Below are positions 27,311 to 40,379 of a stretch of DNA of 64,000 nucleotides, one piece after another. The stretch is from the NCBI RefSeq assembly GCF_006345805.1, contig NC_043008.1:10788001-10852000 (forward strand), read 5' to 3'. The position numbers and the translations under genes were made by a program. The stretch is from Octopus sinensis (lineage: Eukaryota). The notes under the pieces were generated by a model. The model was given only the letters and a program-made list of their open reading frames with translations. It did not search any database and was not told the origin of the DNA. The stretch's first letter is position 1; the number at the start of each line of letters is the position of its first letter.

Positions 27311-27834
27311 ATCTATAAAGCTGAAATGCGAAAAAGTTGTTTGATTTCTTGGTTATTTGTCTCATTTTGAGATGGAAACAGTTTCTAATTTTTACGTATT
27401 TTTGCCTATTATTTTTTATTATTTACAGTTTTCATTTTTTCTACAGCTGCATGTAGCCCGTGTTTAGAGCTTTCATTTGCATGGCCAATCGTCGAAAAGT
27501 TCCCAAAATAAGTACTAAATTTAACAAAGAAATCCTTTTTCTCCTTATTTTTAATCGCTCAAATAGTGGCACGTACAAAAGGCAAGTGTGCTTTCCGTTG
27601 TCACTACCTGATATTTATGATTGAACTTTCAAAATATTTTCTTTCTCAACTTACTCAAGATCTTTTGTTTTTTGTGAATGGGAGATAGATAGAGTAAGAT
27701 AGAGAGTAAGAGAAAGCGAGGGAGAGTCCGAGAGAAAGGAAGAGTAAGTGAGTGGGAAAGTGAGAGAGAAAGGAGAAAGAAAGAAGGAGAATGTGGCGAT
27801 AAGAAACAGAAAGGAAGCAACAGAAAGTAACAAC

Positions 27835-28009
27835 TATGCTCTCATTCGAAGGTGGAACATTGCTATTGAGAGAAACGGTGGCTATAATGAGAAGTAAGCA
27901 TGTGATCCACAGAGGACCAGCTTCATTTTGATGTATGATACTTGTTTCTGTGTTGGTAATTATACCTGTCCTAAACAAAATGGCATTCCTTTTTTGACTC
28001 ACCCTCGTA
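27835..28009 (+). mobile_element. Mariner 3' end (transposase tail plus right TIR)
   Basis: Reads ALIRRWNIAIERNGGYNEK* and ends ...TTTGACTCACCCTCG|TA (TACGAGGG-type mariner terminus). Confidence 0.8.
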
Positions 28010-28574
28010 CCGTGTGTATGTATTTAAAACGCAATTATCACGTCTAAAATATTATAATTTTCTGCTAAAACACACCACATTGTATCTACGAAATTATTCA
28101 TGAAATTCCAATTTAATAACAGAAGTACAAGACGCTGCCATCTGCATTATTTCAGTTTGATACATATTATCTAACTATGTCATAATTCAGAAATTCCATT
28201 TAAATTGTTTTGGCTTTCTAAATTCCTGGAATAGCTTTTCTTTACTAACGTCACTATAAATAATAATAATAATAAAAAAATTACCAAGTCTACCGTTATA
28301 TAAAATATTTGCAATGACATCTCAAATATTCTCTCACTAAAAAAAAGGCAAAATAAACAATGAAACAAAAAAGAGAAAAACACCCAACTTGTGCAAGTGA
28401 AAATTACATAAATACATCTATTTAAATCAAAATTCGAAAACACTGCTGCCGTGGGTTCGTCAAACTTATAGCTCGAAGTCGTAACATGCATTTAAAAACG
28501 AACTAATTTCATTCGTAAAGAATAAATTTTAAAGTAATTTCAATTTCATCTTAAATTCCTCTTTCACGCACACC

Positions 28575-28656
28575 ACACACACACACAAACACACACATAC
28601 ACACACACCTGTGTGTGTCTGTGCATATATATATATGTGTGTGTATGAATGCATAC

Positions 28657-28713
<57 letters not shown>

Positions 28714-28758
28714 GATAGATAGATACACACACACACACACATATATATATATACATAT

Positions 28759-28815
<57 letters not shown>

Positions 28816-28930
28816 AGTATATATACATATATGTACATATATTTATGCGTACATATACATACACATACATGCATACACACACACACACGCAAACACACAC
28901 ATATGTATACATGCATACACACACATAGAT
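28575..28930. repeat. (CA)n/(TA)n mosaic
   Basis: Direct reading. Confidence 0.9.
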
Positions 28931-29304
28931 CTGTGTACGTATATGTATTATTTCAAGAAATAATTTTCTTTTTAATTTAACTATTGAGCAATTTGATTAA
29001 CAAGCAAAACGCCTGAAGGCCACAACATTCCATTTCTCGTTTAGTAATGACCAACCTAATTGTATTTTCTGTTGCGAAATCAATTACGCTGTGGTGAGAT
29101 TAGAAATGTAATCTTAAAGAGAATCAAACTGAACACAGATATATTGATAGAAACGATATAACAACTAGGTGTAAGAAAATATGTGCAGGTACATACGCAC
29201 AAGTATATGATAAATAAATCGAAATTCAACAAGCAGGAATGCAGAGAAATATGTAAGCAGTTTATTGACTAGAAAATGCATGCTTTAAATACTACGAACA
29301 TTGT

Positions 29305-29341
29305 ATGTATGTGTATGTGAGTGTGTGTGTGTGTGTGTCTG

Positions 29342-29437
<96 letters not shown>

Positions 29438-29560
29438 CCTGTCTGTCTGTCTGTCTGTCTGTCAGTCTGTCAGTCTGCCTGTCTGTCAGTCTGTCTGCCT
29501 GTCTGTCTGTCTGTATCTATCTGTCTGTATCTAGCTATCTGTCTGTCTGTCTGTATCTAT
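29305..29560. repeat. (TG)n-(TCTA)n-(TCTG)n compound microsatellite
   Basis: Direct reading. Confidence 0.95.
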
Positions 29561-30177
29561 CTATACATATACATACGTACACAAAAAAAAAACACACACA
29601 CACGCACAAATATATAAAGAGATAGATAGAGAGAAAGGGAGCCTGAAAGAGGGAGAGAGAGAGAGAGCTAGTAAGGTACATAAATACAGGCTTGAAATCT
29701 ATATTTACTTGGAGAGCAAAAGACAGATTATAAAATAAAGAAAATATATAGGTAATGAAAAACAGTATTGGATGTCGTATCTTGACAGCTGTTTCAAATA
29801 GTCAAACTTACGTAACAGACCTATTAATAGGTGATATGATTATGATGTTATAGTTATAAATGCAGATGAAATTGTTGAGTACATTTGTCCTTCTTCAAGA
29901 CTAGAATATATTTTTTTCTTTATTTTATAATCTGTATTTTGTGTTCCATGTAAATACATTTGAAGCCTGGTTGTTTCCTCTTCCATAACAACTAGATTTG
30001 AGATTTGGATTGCTCTAATAGCCACTTTCGTATCGTGGGCCCGGTCCTGAATGAAGAGGTTATAATTTAATTTCACATCCATTTGAGCACTACTCTGTGT
30101 TATCTACACTGAGTATCATTTGTTCTTAACCACTCTTACTCTCTCCCTCCTTTTCTCCCTGTACACACACACATGAT

Positions 30178-30505
30178 CTAGAAGTAGTCTTCCTTGTGGG
30201 CCATGAAGGCACAGTCGTCCACGAAGAGAGCTTCGAGGATGAGCTTCTCTCTGGTCATCGTTTTGGCAGACGAGCGGCGGAGGTCGAATACGGAGCCATC
30301 GTTTCGGTTCTTGATGTACACGTCCAGGTCGAGGTTCTTCACAACGTGTTGGAGGACCTGCGTGAAGAACAGGCTGAAGAGCATTAGGGCAAGGACACAG
30401 CCCTGTTTGACGCCATTAGCTGTAGCTGCCTTCGAAGAGCATAGACGGCAAGAGTCAGACGTAACCGAGCTGCATCATCCTCATTCCTGACCACACGACC
30501 ACGCC
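30178..30505 (-). pseudogene. RTE/BovB-like reverse transcriptase fragment
   Basis: NGVKQGCVLALMLFSLFFTQVL...RNDGSVFDLRR...LILEALFVDDCAFMAH; QG and F(A/V)DD motifs with the RTE-type DGxxFxLRR insert. Confidence 0.85.
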
Positions 30506-33019
30506 TACATATATATGTAACATTAGAGACAAATAACAGATTTGATGAAAATAAAAATCCAGTCATTTACTTGTGTCTAATTTACATTCTCCGTTAATTA
30601 TTATTGATTCCAGAACCCGCTATCATTAAGTAATTCAACAGAATAAAATTCCGCAAAAATAAAACGTTGAGCCAGAATATGAAATGTTTTCAATCCGTCC
30701 AGTCTATCATGAAGTTCACAAACTCTTCATAAATAACAGTCATTTAAATTCCAAATTTAGATGCTCCAGGATTCTAACTGACTCAATTTTTCCTGCCTAT
30801 AGGAACAGGGAACCTGCTTTGCTACCATCTCACTTTCCATTGCGAGTATAAAACTATATTTTGTTTATTAAAAAAAAGGAAGAAGACATCCTTTACATTT
30901 CATATATCCGAAAACACTGTAAGATGCAGCACGGAATTTTGTCAGTGATCAGGTCGCAGTCTCAAAGTGACGAAAATATTTTGACAAATTAAAGTTAAAT
31001 GTTGGAGTGAATCTAATGGGTTTTGTGTGTTTTTAAATGGCTTATAAACACCTTCCACGCTGCAACTGTTTTCGTTCCTGCACACAATCTCACACCAGGT
31101 CACTTGCTATGCAAGTACATCTCCGTAACTCTAAGATGATAATGAAGGAATTAGTAAATACACATTGTCTTCACTTGTACTATTACGAAACTTTATTATA
31201 GTACTCACTTGATTTGTGTCTTAGTCTGTTTAGATGATAAATCACTTTAGGCTACTAATGTCTCCCTGAATAAAAGAGGTCAGCTTTTGTGAGGTAAACA
31301 TTAAAAAGGCAAAAAAAAAAAAAAATGGAACCGCACAAATTGATGCAATTTTTTCTGCCGTAGTAGAAATATAACCTGTAGCGTAACAACTTTGTTTACT
31401 TTTCCCAATACATACATACATTCGTACCTACCCCCACACACACGCGCGCACACACACACATATACAGACACACAGAGACACAGATGCAGACACACACACA
31501 CACTCACACATACAGGCGCGCGCGTGCAACATGACAATTTAGAAACTTCGAGAGAACGTGAAATAATTATGAACTTGAAGTAGATAATGCTATAAATAAT
31601 ATATATATATATATATATATATGCTTATATATATATATATGCCTATATGGGTACAGGACGTCACCAACAGTAAACAACATGAAATACGAAAACAAATATG
31701 TTAAATACGCAAATAACGAGAGAAAAAAGGACAAGTAATACAAAGAATGACCCTTCATCAGTTGACGGCTGTCTACTCCACATTTCGAGCAATCAACGAC
31801 AATATGAGTCTTCGAAGACAGTTGCTCCCATGAATACCAAAATAAAATTTGGGATTTATGGAGGGTAAAAGTTAGGAACAAAAACAGGACAGTGGAGAGA
31901 TACAGGGAACCCGAACGAAAACAAACATGGAGGGTCGTTAGACCGGAACGAGGGGGAAAATATTGAACGCTTAGAGAAATATTTACTTTGAAAAAAGAAA
32001 AGATAGAAGAGAAAGAGAGATAGGAGACATCCAGTCTTTAGAACGTCCGTGCAGGAACGACAGATGGTCTTGTGAAGAAAAGAAAGATGGATGATGGTCA
32101 CGTGTGAGCAACGAGAGAGAGAGAGAGAGAGAGAGAGAAAAGAGAAAGAGAGAAAAGAGAAAGAGGGAGAGAGAGAGACTGATCGAAAGCGAGGAAAGAT
32201 AGAAAAAGGGAATTAGTGAGGTTAGGGGAGAAAGCAGTATAGAAAAGAGTCGCATGAATAAGGTTAAGATAATTTCATATATATATATATATACACATTG
32301 TTTTATTCTTTTGTTTCAGCTATTAAATTAGAGATATGTTGAGGAATACATACATAAAGTGATGCACACACATACACACACGCATACACACACACACACA
32401 CGCACACACACACACACACACCTGTTATATATAGCACACGCATATATAGAAAGTATGAGTGTGTGTGTACGTGCGCCTGTGTGCGTATGTTTGTATGTAG
32501 ATGGAATTATGCTCTTACCTTCTTTATCTGAACGAACACGAAGCAAATCAGAATAGCATTAAAAAAGATCTATAATTTCTACTGAACATATCTGAGGATT
32601 AGTTTATTTTTTTTTCACCGCAGTTTAATCCTTCAGATTTCAGGAGACAAAGGATGTGACGTAGTGATTTTTCTAACCTTCTAATGTCATCAATAGAATT
32701 TCCGTATGATGGAAGTCATATCGGCGATCCTTTTTTTCACTTCTCGGAAATCTGACGGATGTGAGAAGGCCTGATGTTTGAACGGATCAAGATAACTTAC
32801 CTTTAGTTTCTTCTATTTCTTTATAACATGTCATTTTTATTGTTTTGCTCCAGGTCAGATATGATTGAGTAGTTTATATGATCAAAGGCCTTCCATCCGT
32901 GATCCTCTCAATACTTCTATCATCTAATATTACTCGATCAATCTGACGAGAGACTTGTCTTCCATACTTCGCAGATCAAATATATAGGCTCCATTACCGG
33001 TTATTTGCAAAGGTTGTAT

Positions 33020-33280
33020 CTTTAATTTATAACTTAGTCGATGTTTCCTTCGAATGCTTTTTTCATTTCCCTTTATATTTAGATAAATCTAACCCACGGA
33101 TACTGTGTCAAGAAATATTTAAAGCACATCTTATCACCATCAAGAAGACTTGTCTTCTATACTTTAATTTATAACTTAGTCGATATTTCCTTCGAAGGCT
33201 TTTTTCATTTCCCCTTATATCTGGATAAATGTAACTCACGGATACTGTGTCAAGAAATATTTAAAGCACATCTTACCACT
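33020..33280. repeat. Tandem duplication, period about 142 bp
   Basis: ctttaatttataacttagtcgat...aaagcacatctta at 33020 and 33162. Confidence 0.85.
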
Positions 33281-33477
33281 ATCATAATACGATGGTGGCA
33301 AGATGTGCTTTAAAAGAAGACATTTTCGTTTGGTTTCGAAAGGGAATCATTGTTTGCTTACAAAATGGATTTAACTGAATGTCCTGGGAAGTTGTTTGTA
33401 AGATTGTAAATGAAAGTACTGACGATAGAGATAAGCCGACACACACAGCTCATACAATAGAGTCATATTAATAATAT

Positions 33478-33896
33478 AAGGTGGCGAGCTGGCAGAAACG
33501 TTAGCACGCCGGGCGAAATGCGTAGCGGTATTTCGTCTGCCGTTACGTTTTGAGTTCAAATTCCGCCGAGGTCGACTTTGCCTTTCATCCTTTCGTGGTC
33601 GATAAATTAAGTACCAGTTATGCACTGGGGTAAATATAATCGACTTAATCCGTTTTTCTGTCCTTGTTTGTCACCTCTGTGCGTAGCCCCTTGTGGGCAG
33701 TAAAGAAATAGGTATTTCGTCTGCCGTTACGTTCTGAGTTCAAATTCCGCCGAGGTCGACTTTGCCTTTCATCCTTTCGGGGTCGATAAATTAAGTACCA
33801 GTTATGCACTGGGGTCGATATAATCGACTTAATACCTATGTCTGTCCTTGTTTGTCCCCTCTGTGTTTAGCCCCTTGTGGGTAGTAAAGAAATAAA
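33478..33896 (+). mobile_element. SINE group B dimer
   Basis: Full monomer, then junction aaagaaata|ggtatttcg at 33710/11, then headless monomer. The core gtcgactttgcctttcatcctttcggggtcgataaattaagtacc resembles the Meta/MESC SINE domain (from memory). Confidence 0.9.
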
Positions 33897-34110
33897 TATA
33901 AGGCGGCGAGCTAGTAGAATTTTTAGCACGTAGGACAAAACACTTAATGGCATTTCTTCCGACTCCTTACACGCTGAGTTCAAATCCCGTCAATGTCAGC
34001 TTTGCCTTTTATCCCTCCGGGTTTGATAAAATAAAGAACAGGTCAAGTACTCGGTTCGATGTGGTCATCTTATCGGCTTCCCTCAGGATACAATGTAATG
34101 ATATTGAAAC
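33897..34110 (+). mobile_element. Older SINE group B/C copy
   Basis: aaggcggcgagct head and gagttcaaatccc B box; diverged body. Confidence 0.7.
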
Positions 34111-34559
34111 AAAGAGAGACACGTATAAGAAAATGTATGTATGTATGTATGTATGTATGTACACACACACAAACACACACACGCACACACATATATATGC
34201 ACATATATACATTTATACGCACACATACACTCATTGTTTGATTTTTACCTTGTCTCTCCTATTCAATAAAATAAGCGTTAGTAGTCTGATATACTACAAA
34301 GAAAAAAGACCATTTCATCTTATGTAAATATGTAAGACTGATTAGAAAAGATCGTATTAATTACTTTAGAAACGATAAAAAGTTTAAAGGGTTTCATTGA
34401 GTCACTAACCAGCAGCGGCAGCTTACATAATCGTTGAAAAGTCAATCACATTTGTCTTCGAAAAATAAGCAAATATATTTGTGTATAGATTGTTTTTAGT
34501 GGTTGATATAACAACCAATCAGCTATTAAATAACATAATAAAAATCTGATTTCAATGTT

Positions 34560-34607
34560 TGAGTGTACACACACACACACACACAAACACACACGCACGC
34601 ACGCATA

Positions 34608-34655
<48 letters not shown>

Positions 34656-34664
34656 TATACACAC

Positions 34665-34763
<99 letters not shown>

Positions 34764-35110
34764 TACACATATATCTGTGTGTATGTATGTGTGTGAATTT
34801 TCTATCACGGAACAGTACATTATGTATGTATGTATGTATGTATGTATGTATGTATGTATGTTTGTATGTATGTACGTGTATATACACACATATATATAAC
34901 ACATATATATATATATTATATATATATATATATATTAATATATATATATACACACATATATATACACATATATACACATATATCTGTGTGTATGTATGTA
35001 TGTCTGTGAATTTTCTATCACGGAACAGTACATTACGTATGTATGTATGTATGTATGTGCGCGTATGTATGTACGTGTATATGTACGTAAGTGTATGTGT
35101 GTATGTCTGT
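34560..35110. repeat. Microsatellite mosaic with a 213-bp higher-order duplication
   Basis: Unique core gaattttctatcacggaacagtacatta at 34795 and 35008. Confidence 0.85.
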
Positions 35111-35718
35111 GTGTGTCTGTGTAATTGTGTAAAACTGAACATTGCTAGCTTTAGGAAAGAATATTTAACCATTATACTGAATTATTTTTATAGAATTAAT
35201 GTGTTTATTCCATTCTCGATTAAAGATAAAGAATAATTATTGCAGATCTTGTCGATTATAATTACCAACTTTGTTTTATAACGAATAAAGATTTACTGAT
35301 ATAATGTTTTTTCAATTCTAGTTCTTTAGTACTAGCTAAAACGCTAAACGGGTTGGAATTTCTGTGAAAGAAAGCAAATTTTTTTACATAGTCTAATGTA
35401 TGCTTTCATAATTATATTTATTGCACTGTTTGAAAGCATCTAAAATAGAATATAATGAGATGCTTTCAAATGATAGTGCCGAAAATTTGCTGGAGTTCAT
35501 GTAGGGCTTTTGGGAATGAAGGATTTATGTGCGTTCTATAGAGGTTTCAGCAATTTAGGGAAGTGAATTGCTGCTTATTAATTTTACCAGAATACTCAGT
35601 TGAAGCCAATGAATATGTTTTGTTGAAGACTATTTCTGTCTTTGAAAATATGAATGGGAAATTTTTCTGTTAATTTTCTGTGAGTGTTTTCATCTCATCC
35701 TATATAACTTACATGGAA

Positions 35719-35834
35719 GTGAGAGAGAGAGAAAGCGAGCTCCAATGTTTCCTTCCACGAAATTCTACTCTTCTGAAAATGTTTATCTTTGCTGTATTGA
35801 AAAAAGGCGTGGCCAAGCTGCCGTTTAAAGAGTA
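35719..35834 (+). repeat. Unclassified dispersed repeat module
   Basis: Reverse complement of 39192-39306. Confidence 0.75.
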
Positions 35835-36429
35835 TCTGTGAGGTAGTATTTCTGGTTATCTGTGTTAATTAGTCGTTCTGTTAAACGCCTCTATTCACTT
35901 CTTGAGATCGTATACAGAATCTACTCCACAGTAAGTATTTCGACAATTTGTTTCGTCTTGAGGACAAATGGTTCAATTGAACTACGTCGCTTCTTATAGC
36001 TGTAACCAAACAGGTGAGTTACTTCCCTTTAAAAGAAACGGTACACTTTAAGAGATAAATAAACTTATTGGATGACATATTGCGACCTTAATCCGATTAA
36101 GATCTTCCAACGGAGTATGACGTATCCTTTCATTTAGCCTTTCGTTACGATTCAGATGAAAGAAACAGCAAAATATGTTTGAAACACTATCCTTCAATGC
36201 GCCAAAAGACAGATTTATTTGCTCTATGACTGTTGAAGTGTTTGAAATGGAGCAAAATTTGTTCCATCAGTTTCAAAAAATTTGTAACATCTTTCAAATG
36301 TCATGGGTAGAATAACTCCCCCGTGAAAAGTTTGAGAAGAGGCAATAAGACAGCTAATAAAACTATTCGGTGTTTTGTAATTTGACTATGATCAAATCTT
36401 ATCTCACTACTCCTTGCATTTATATGGAA

Positions 36430-36806
36430 GCACTCCATCGGTTACGACGACGAGGGTTCCGGTTGATCCGAATCAACGGAACAGCCTGCTCGTGAAATTA
36501 ACGTGTAAGTGGCTGAGCACTCCACAGACACGTGTACCCTTAACGTAGTTCTCGGGGATATTCAGCGTGACACAGAGAGTGACAAGGCCTGCCCTTTGAA
36601 ATACAGGTACAACAGAAACAGGAAGTAAGAGTGAGAGAAAGTTGTGGTGAAAGAGTACAGCAGGGATCACCACCATCCCCTGCCGGAGCCTCGTGGAGCT
36701 TTAGGTGTTTTCGCTCAATAAACACTCACAACGCCCGGTCTGGGAATCGAAACCGCGATCCTATGACCGCGAGTCCGCTGCCCTAACCACTGGGCCATTG
36801 CGCCTC
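36430..36806 (-). mobile_element. SINE group D (head 2 plus long tail), full length
   Basis: Minus strand ggcgcaatggcccagtggttagggcagcggactcgcggtc...ggtttcgattccc is a tRNA-like head with A and B boxes. Confidence 0.9.
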
Positions 36807-37284
36807 AATCCTTGCATTTATATAACGTTTTACAAATACGTTACCAGCATCGTGTCAACTACTTAACTCTCCTTTGGAGAAAATAGGCTCAAATACTAAA
36901 GAGGATCCTTGTCTCGCTATCACCGGGTTTAAGTAAGAATCTAGTGAAATTTTAAAGCAAAAATGTGCTTACAATAGAGATCTGTTTACTACGTAGCTTT
37001 CTATAAAACACAAGTTTTGTTTGTCTAATTTGTAGAACGTCTCTATAAAAAAAAACCCAATAAACATAAATCTGTATAAAGCTGGAGTTATTTAATAATA
37101 AATAATCCTGACTTTGTTTGACTCAGTGAGAAAGACTTAAGTAAACAGAGTATTTAGGATGGGAAAATATTTATAATGGATGTAAAAAAAATCTCAATTT
37201 GTTAATCTTATATAAAAACGAATTAATCAGAGAAAGAAAGGAAAATAATGATCAGTAAAACAATAAAGTAATGGTAAAAAGCTA

Positions 37285-37330
37285 ATACACACACACATAT
37301 ATATATATATACTTACACACACACATATAT

Positions 37331-37383
<53 letters not shown>

Positions 37384-37494
37384 ATATGTATATATATTAT
37401 ATATATATATATAATATATATATAATATATATGTTATATGTAATATAATATAATAATATATATATATATATTATATATGTATGTATATATGTAT

Positions 37495-37525
<31 letters not shown>

Positions 37526-37540
37526 GTATGTATATATATG

Positions 37541-37572
<32 letters not shown>

Positions 37573-37586
37573 ATATATATATACTT

Positions 37587-37637
<51 letters not shown>

Positions 37638-37640
37638 GTA
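37285..37640. repeat. Long (TA)n-rich tract
   Basis: Direct reading. Confidence 0.95.
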
Positions 37641-37799
37641 TGGAAAGAGACAAAAAGAGATAAAGAAAGCAGGGAAGAGAGGTGAGGGACTTAAATTGTC
37701 AGTACAAATAACAAGTGTGGCGTGAATGGATGGATGAGAAGAATGGAAAGAGAAGGTCAAATACAAGAAGAGCAAAAGTAGAAGATAAGAGAATAAAGT

Positions 37800-37839
<40 letters not shown>

Positions 37840-38439
37840 GAAAGAGAGAGAATATTAAACGGAGGTAAAAAAAATGAGAAAAACTGTAAAACTGTGAGGA
37901 AAATGTTAGTGAGAAAGGGAAAATTAGGAAGTGTAGTAAAATAGGGAAAATGAAAGAGAAATATAAGAAAGAATTTAAAGATAAGTAGAGAAGGTTATAA
38001 AGATAAAGTTCGATAAGGAGAAGAAGCGAGCAAGAAATATAGTTTGAAGAGAGATAAGAAGAGCTAAAGCTGAAATGTTAAGAAGAAAGTCAAAAACAGA
38101 AAAATGGCGGTTAAAAAGAAAAGATAAATAAAAAGGGGGAGATAAGAAGGAAGATGGAAATAGATTGGGTGAAAGAGAGAAAGAATATAAAATAAGGAAA
38201 TGTAAAACAGAAGTTATATATCAGTGTAAACATTTCCTGTAGTAATAGTGAAGAGTCTGTTAACATATTGGTTAGATGAGGTGAGTCCATTAATATACTG
38301 AGTAACTGGGGGGGGGGGGCTTGTTAACTTACTGGTAAATTGTGGTAAATCCTAAGCTCTGTAAAAGAACTCGGAAGTTTGGATTTCCAACCAGGCCATT
38401 CGCGACACCCTTAACGCCAGAAACGTTTCAGCACCCCCC

Positions 38440-38486
<47 letters not shown>

Positions 38487-38709
38487 ATTTTGATTAAACC
38501 TTGCCTAGTTAAATATTTCAATCACCTGAAGAATGACTGTAACTCGAATTGGACAGCCATGAAACGATCGTAGTGTTATACTAATTATCTTTTTTTAATA
38601 ATTTTGATATATATTTAAAATAATATAAATTAATTAATCTTATGTATTGGCTTAAGTTTTTCATTGTATGATTTGCCTAATAGTGGTTTTATCTTTAATT
38701 TAATATAAT

Positions 38710-38758
<49 letters not shown>

Positions 38759-38979
38759 CCGTATATGCTCGGCTATAAATTGCACTTTTTCTCCCTGAAA
38801 TTTTCACCTAAAGTTGGGTGTGCGACTTATAAACGCATCCTATAAAAAAAAATGCCACATATTTTCTCGGTACAAGCCACGTCTGAAGTTCAGACGCTTG
38901 CAATAACTGAAAAGAATAACATTTTACATTATAAACAAGGGTTCCTAAAATGCGTAAACTTAATAGAATAACAGCCGTT
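38759..38979 (-). mobile_element. Inverted right end of a pogo/Tigger-type MITE
   Basis: Reverse complement of 39549-39770; begins TA|CCGTATAT. Confidence 0.8.
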
Positions 38980-39348
38980 ATTACTGGTAAATCCTGAGCA
39001 GTTGTGGTGAGTCCATTAGAATAGCAAATAGTTGGGATACCATTGAAGATATCAAATGTATGTTGTATAACTGTAGGAACAATATTTCCCCTATCCAAAT
39101 TTACGAACACCACGGAGAAATCGATGAACAGAATACCGATATGGCTGTCCAGTTAAAAAGATAGTTTTGCAACCACGTGGTTTGTGGTTGGTACTCTTTA
39201 AACGGCAGCTTGACCACGCCTTTTTTTTAATACAGCAAAGATAAATATTTTCAGAAGAGTAGAATTTAGTGGAAGGAAACATTGGAGCTCACTTTCTCTC
39301 TCTCACTCTCTTTCCCTCTTTTGCTCTTTCTCCCTCTCTTTGTATATA

Positions 39349-39770
39349 CCGTGTATATTCGACTATAAAACGCCCTCGCCTGTAAGACGCACCGCCTACT
39401 TGCAAGGTTTAAATCGGGAATTTTATCACTGACCCGACTATAAGTCGCAGTGACCTTTTTGATGTTGGAGAGCAAAGTTCGATTAGGAATTTCGTCGACA
39501 TAGTTGTTGTTCGGTAACCGAGCTTTCAGTAAGATAAAGATGATTTACAACGGCTGTTATTCTTTTAAGTCTATGCATTTTAGGAACCCTTGTTTATAAT
39601 GTAAAATTTTATTCGTTTCAGTTATTCCAAGTGTCAGAACTTAAGACATGGCTTGTACCTAGAAAATATGTGACTATTTTTTTTATAGGATGCGTTTATA
39701 AGTCGCACTCCCGACTTTAGGTGAAAATTTCAGGGAGAAAAAGTGCGACTTATAGGCTGAGTATATACGG
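39349..39770 (+). mobile_element. pogo/Tigger-type MITE
   Basis: TIRs TA|CCGTGTATATTCGACTATAA and TTATAGGCTGAGTATATACGG|TA; TA target; CCGTA-type termini. Confidence 0.75.
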
Positions 39771-39864
39771 TATATATATATATATATATATCGCCATGTT
39801 GAATCGCTAGCTTCTGCACGCATTTTTTCTCTCCTTGTTTCTCTCCGTGTTTATTTTCTGTGTA

Positions 39865-39902
39865 TCTTTCTGTTGAAGAGCGTAGGCTCGAAACGTAAAA
39901 GA
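39865..39902 (+). ncRNA. Minimal hammerhead motif (family H2), A6->U variant
   Basis: TCTTT CTGTTGA A GAGC gtag GCTC GAAA CGTA AAAGA; lies in a 210-bp unit bracketed by (TA)n. Confidence 0.6.
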
Positions 39903-40203
39903 CTTGTTTTATTTATATTCCTGAGCGCCATACTAATACAATTGTTTGTTTGTACTCCAACTGCCTTCGTCTTTTGTTTATTTTCATAAAGCTTCCCGTT
40001 ATATATATATATATATATATATATAGATAAGAAAGTTTGTTTGGTAAAGCACGTGGGTGAATATATAAGAAAATAGTAAAGTGTGAAAAAACGACAGAAG
40101 GCTTAAATGTTAAAAAATATATATATTTGTGTCAAAATGTCTGGAGAATATTGGAAAAATTTTTTTTTCCTTTCCTTAAAATGACATAATTTTAAAATTT
40201 TTA

Positions 40204-40243
40204 AAGAAATTACCGGTTTCGCGTGTAGCTTTTCAAATTTCTT
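40204..40243 (-). ncRNA. Minimal type-I hammerhead with U3:A8 core in the PLE 3' tail
   Basis: AAGAAAT TTGAAAA GC tacac GC GAAA CCGGTA ATTTCTT: 7-bp stem I, ACCGGU palindromic stem III, GUA cleavage triplet. Confidence 0.7.
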
Positions 40244-40379
40244 GTGACGTTATGTTTATATTGCATGGAGTTATCGTTGTTTTTATTTCCAGGAGATTTC
40301 TAAATAAGGGGAGGTAGTGAGTGATTTCTTCCGGTGTAAGGGAGATAATCGCTTAAAAATTTTTTTTCCCTTTTCCTTG

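Noticed and set aside
27655-28002. 115-aa ORF with a signal-peptide-like segment
   Set aside because: Antisense reading of a mariner 3' end plus a purine tract.
30560-31280. Possible DNA-transposon-like dispersed repeat (also 45690-46015)
   Set aside because: No second copy, TIR pair or ORF is visible in this window.
32945-32970. CTGACGA-GAGAC-TT-GTCT as a hammerhead (also ctgacgaaagc at about 17860)
   Set aside because: No GAAA after stem II and no stem I or III.
37285-37640. Phase shifts (taat/atta) within (TA)n tracts as a biological code
   Set aside because: They recur sporadically in nearly all TA runs and are most simply explained as slippage or long-read consensus error.
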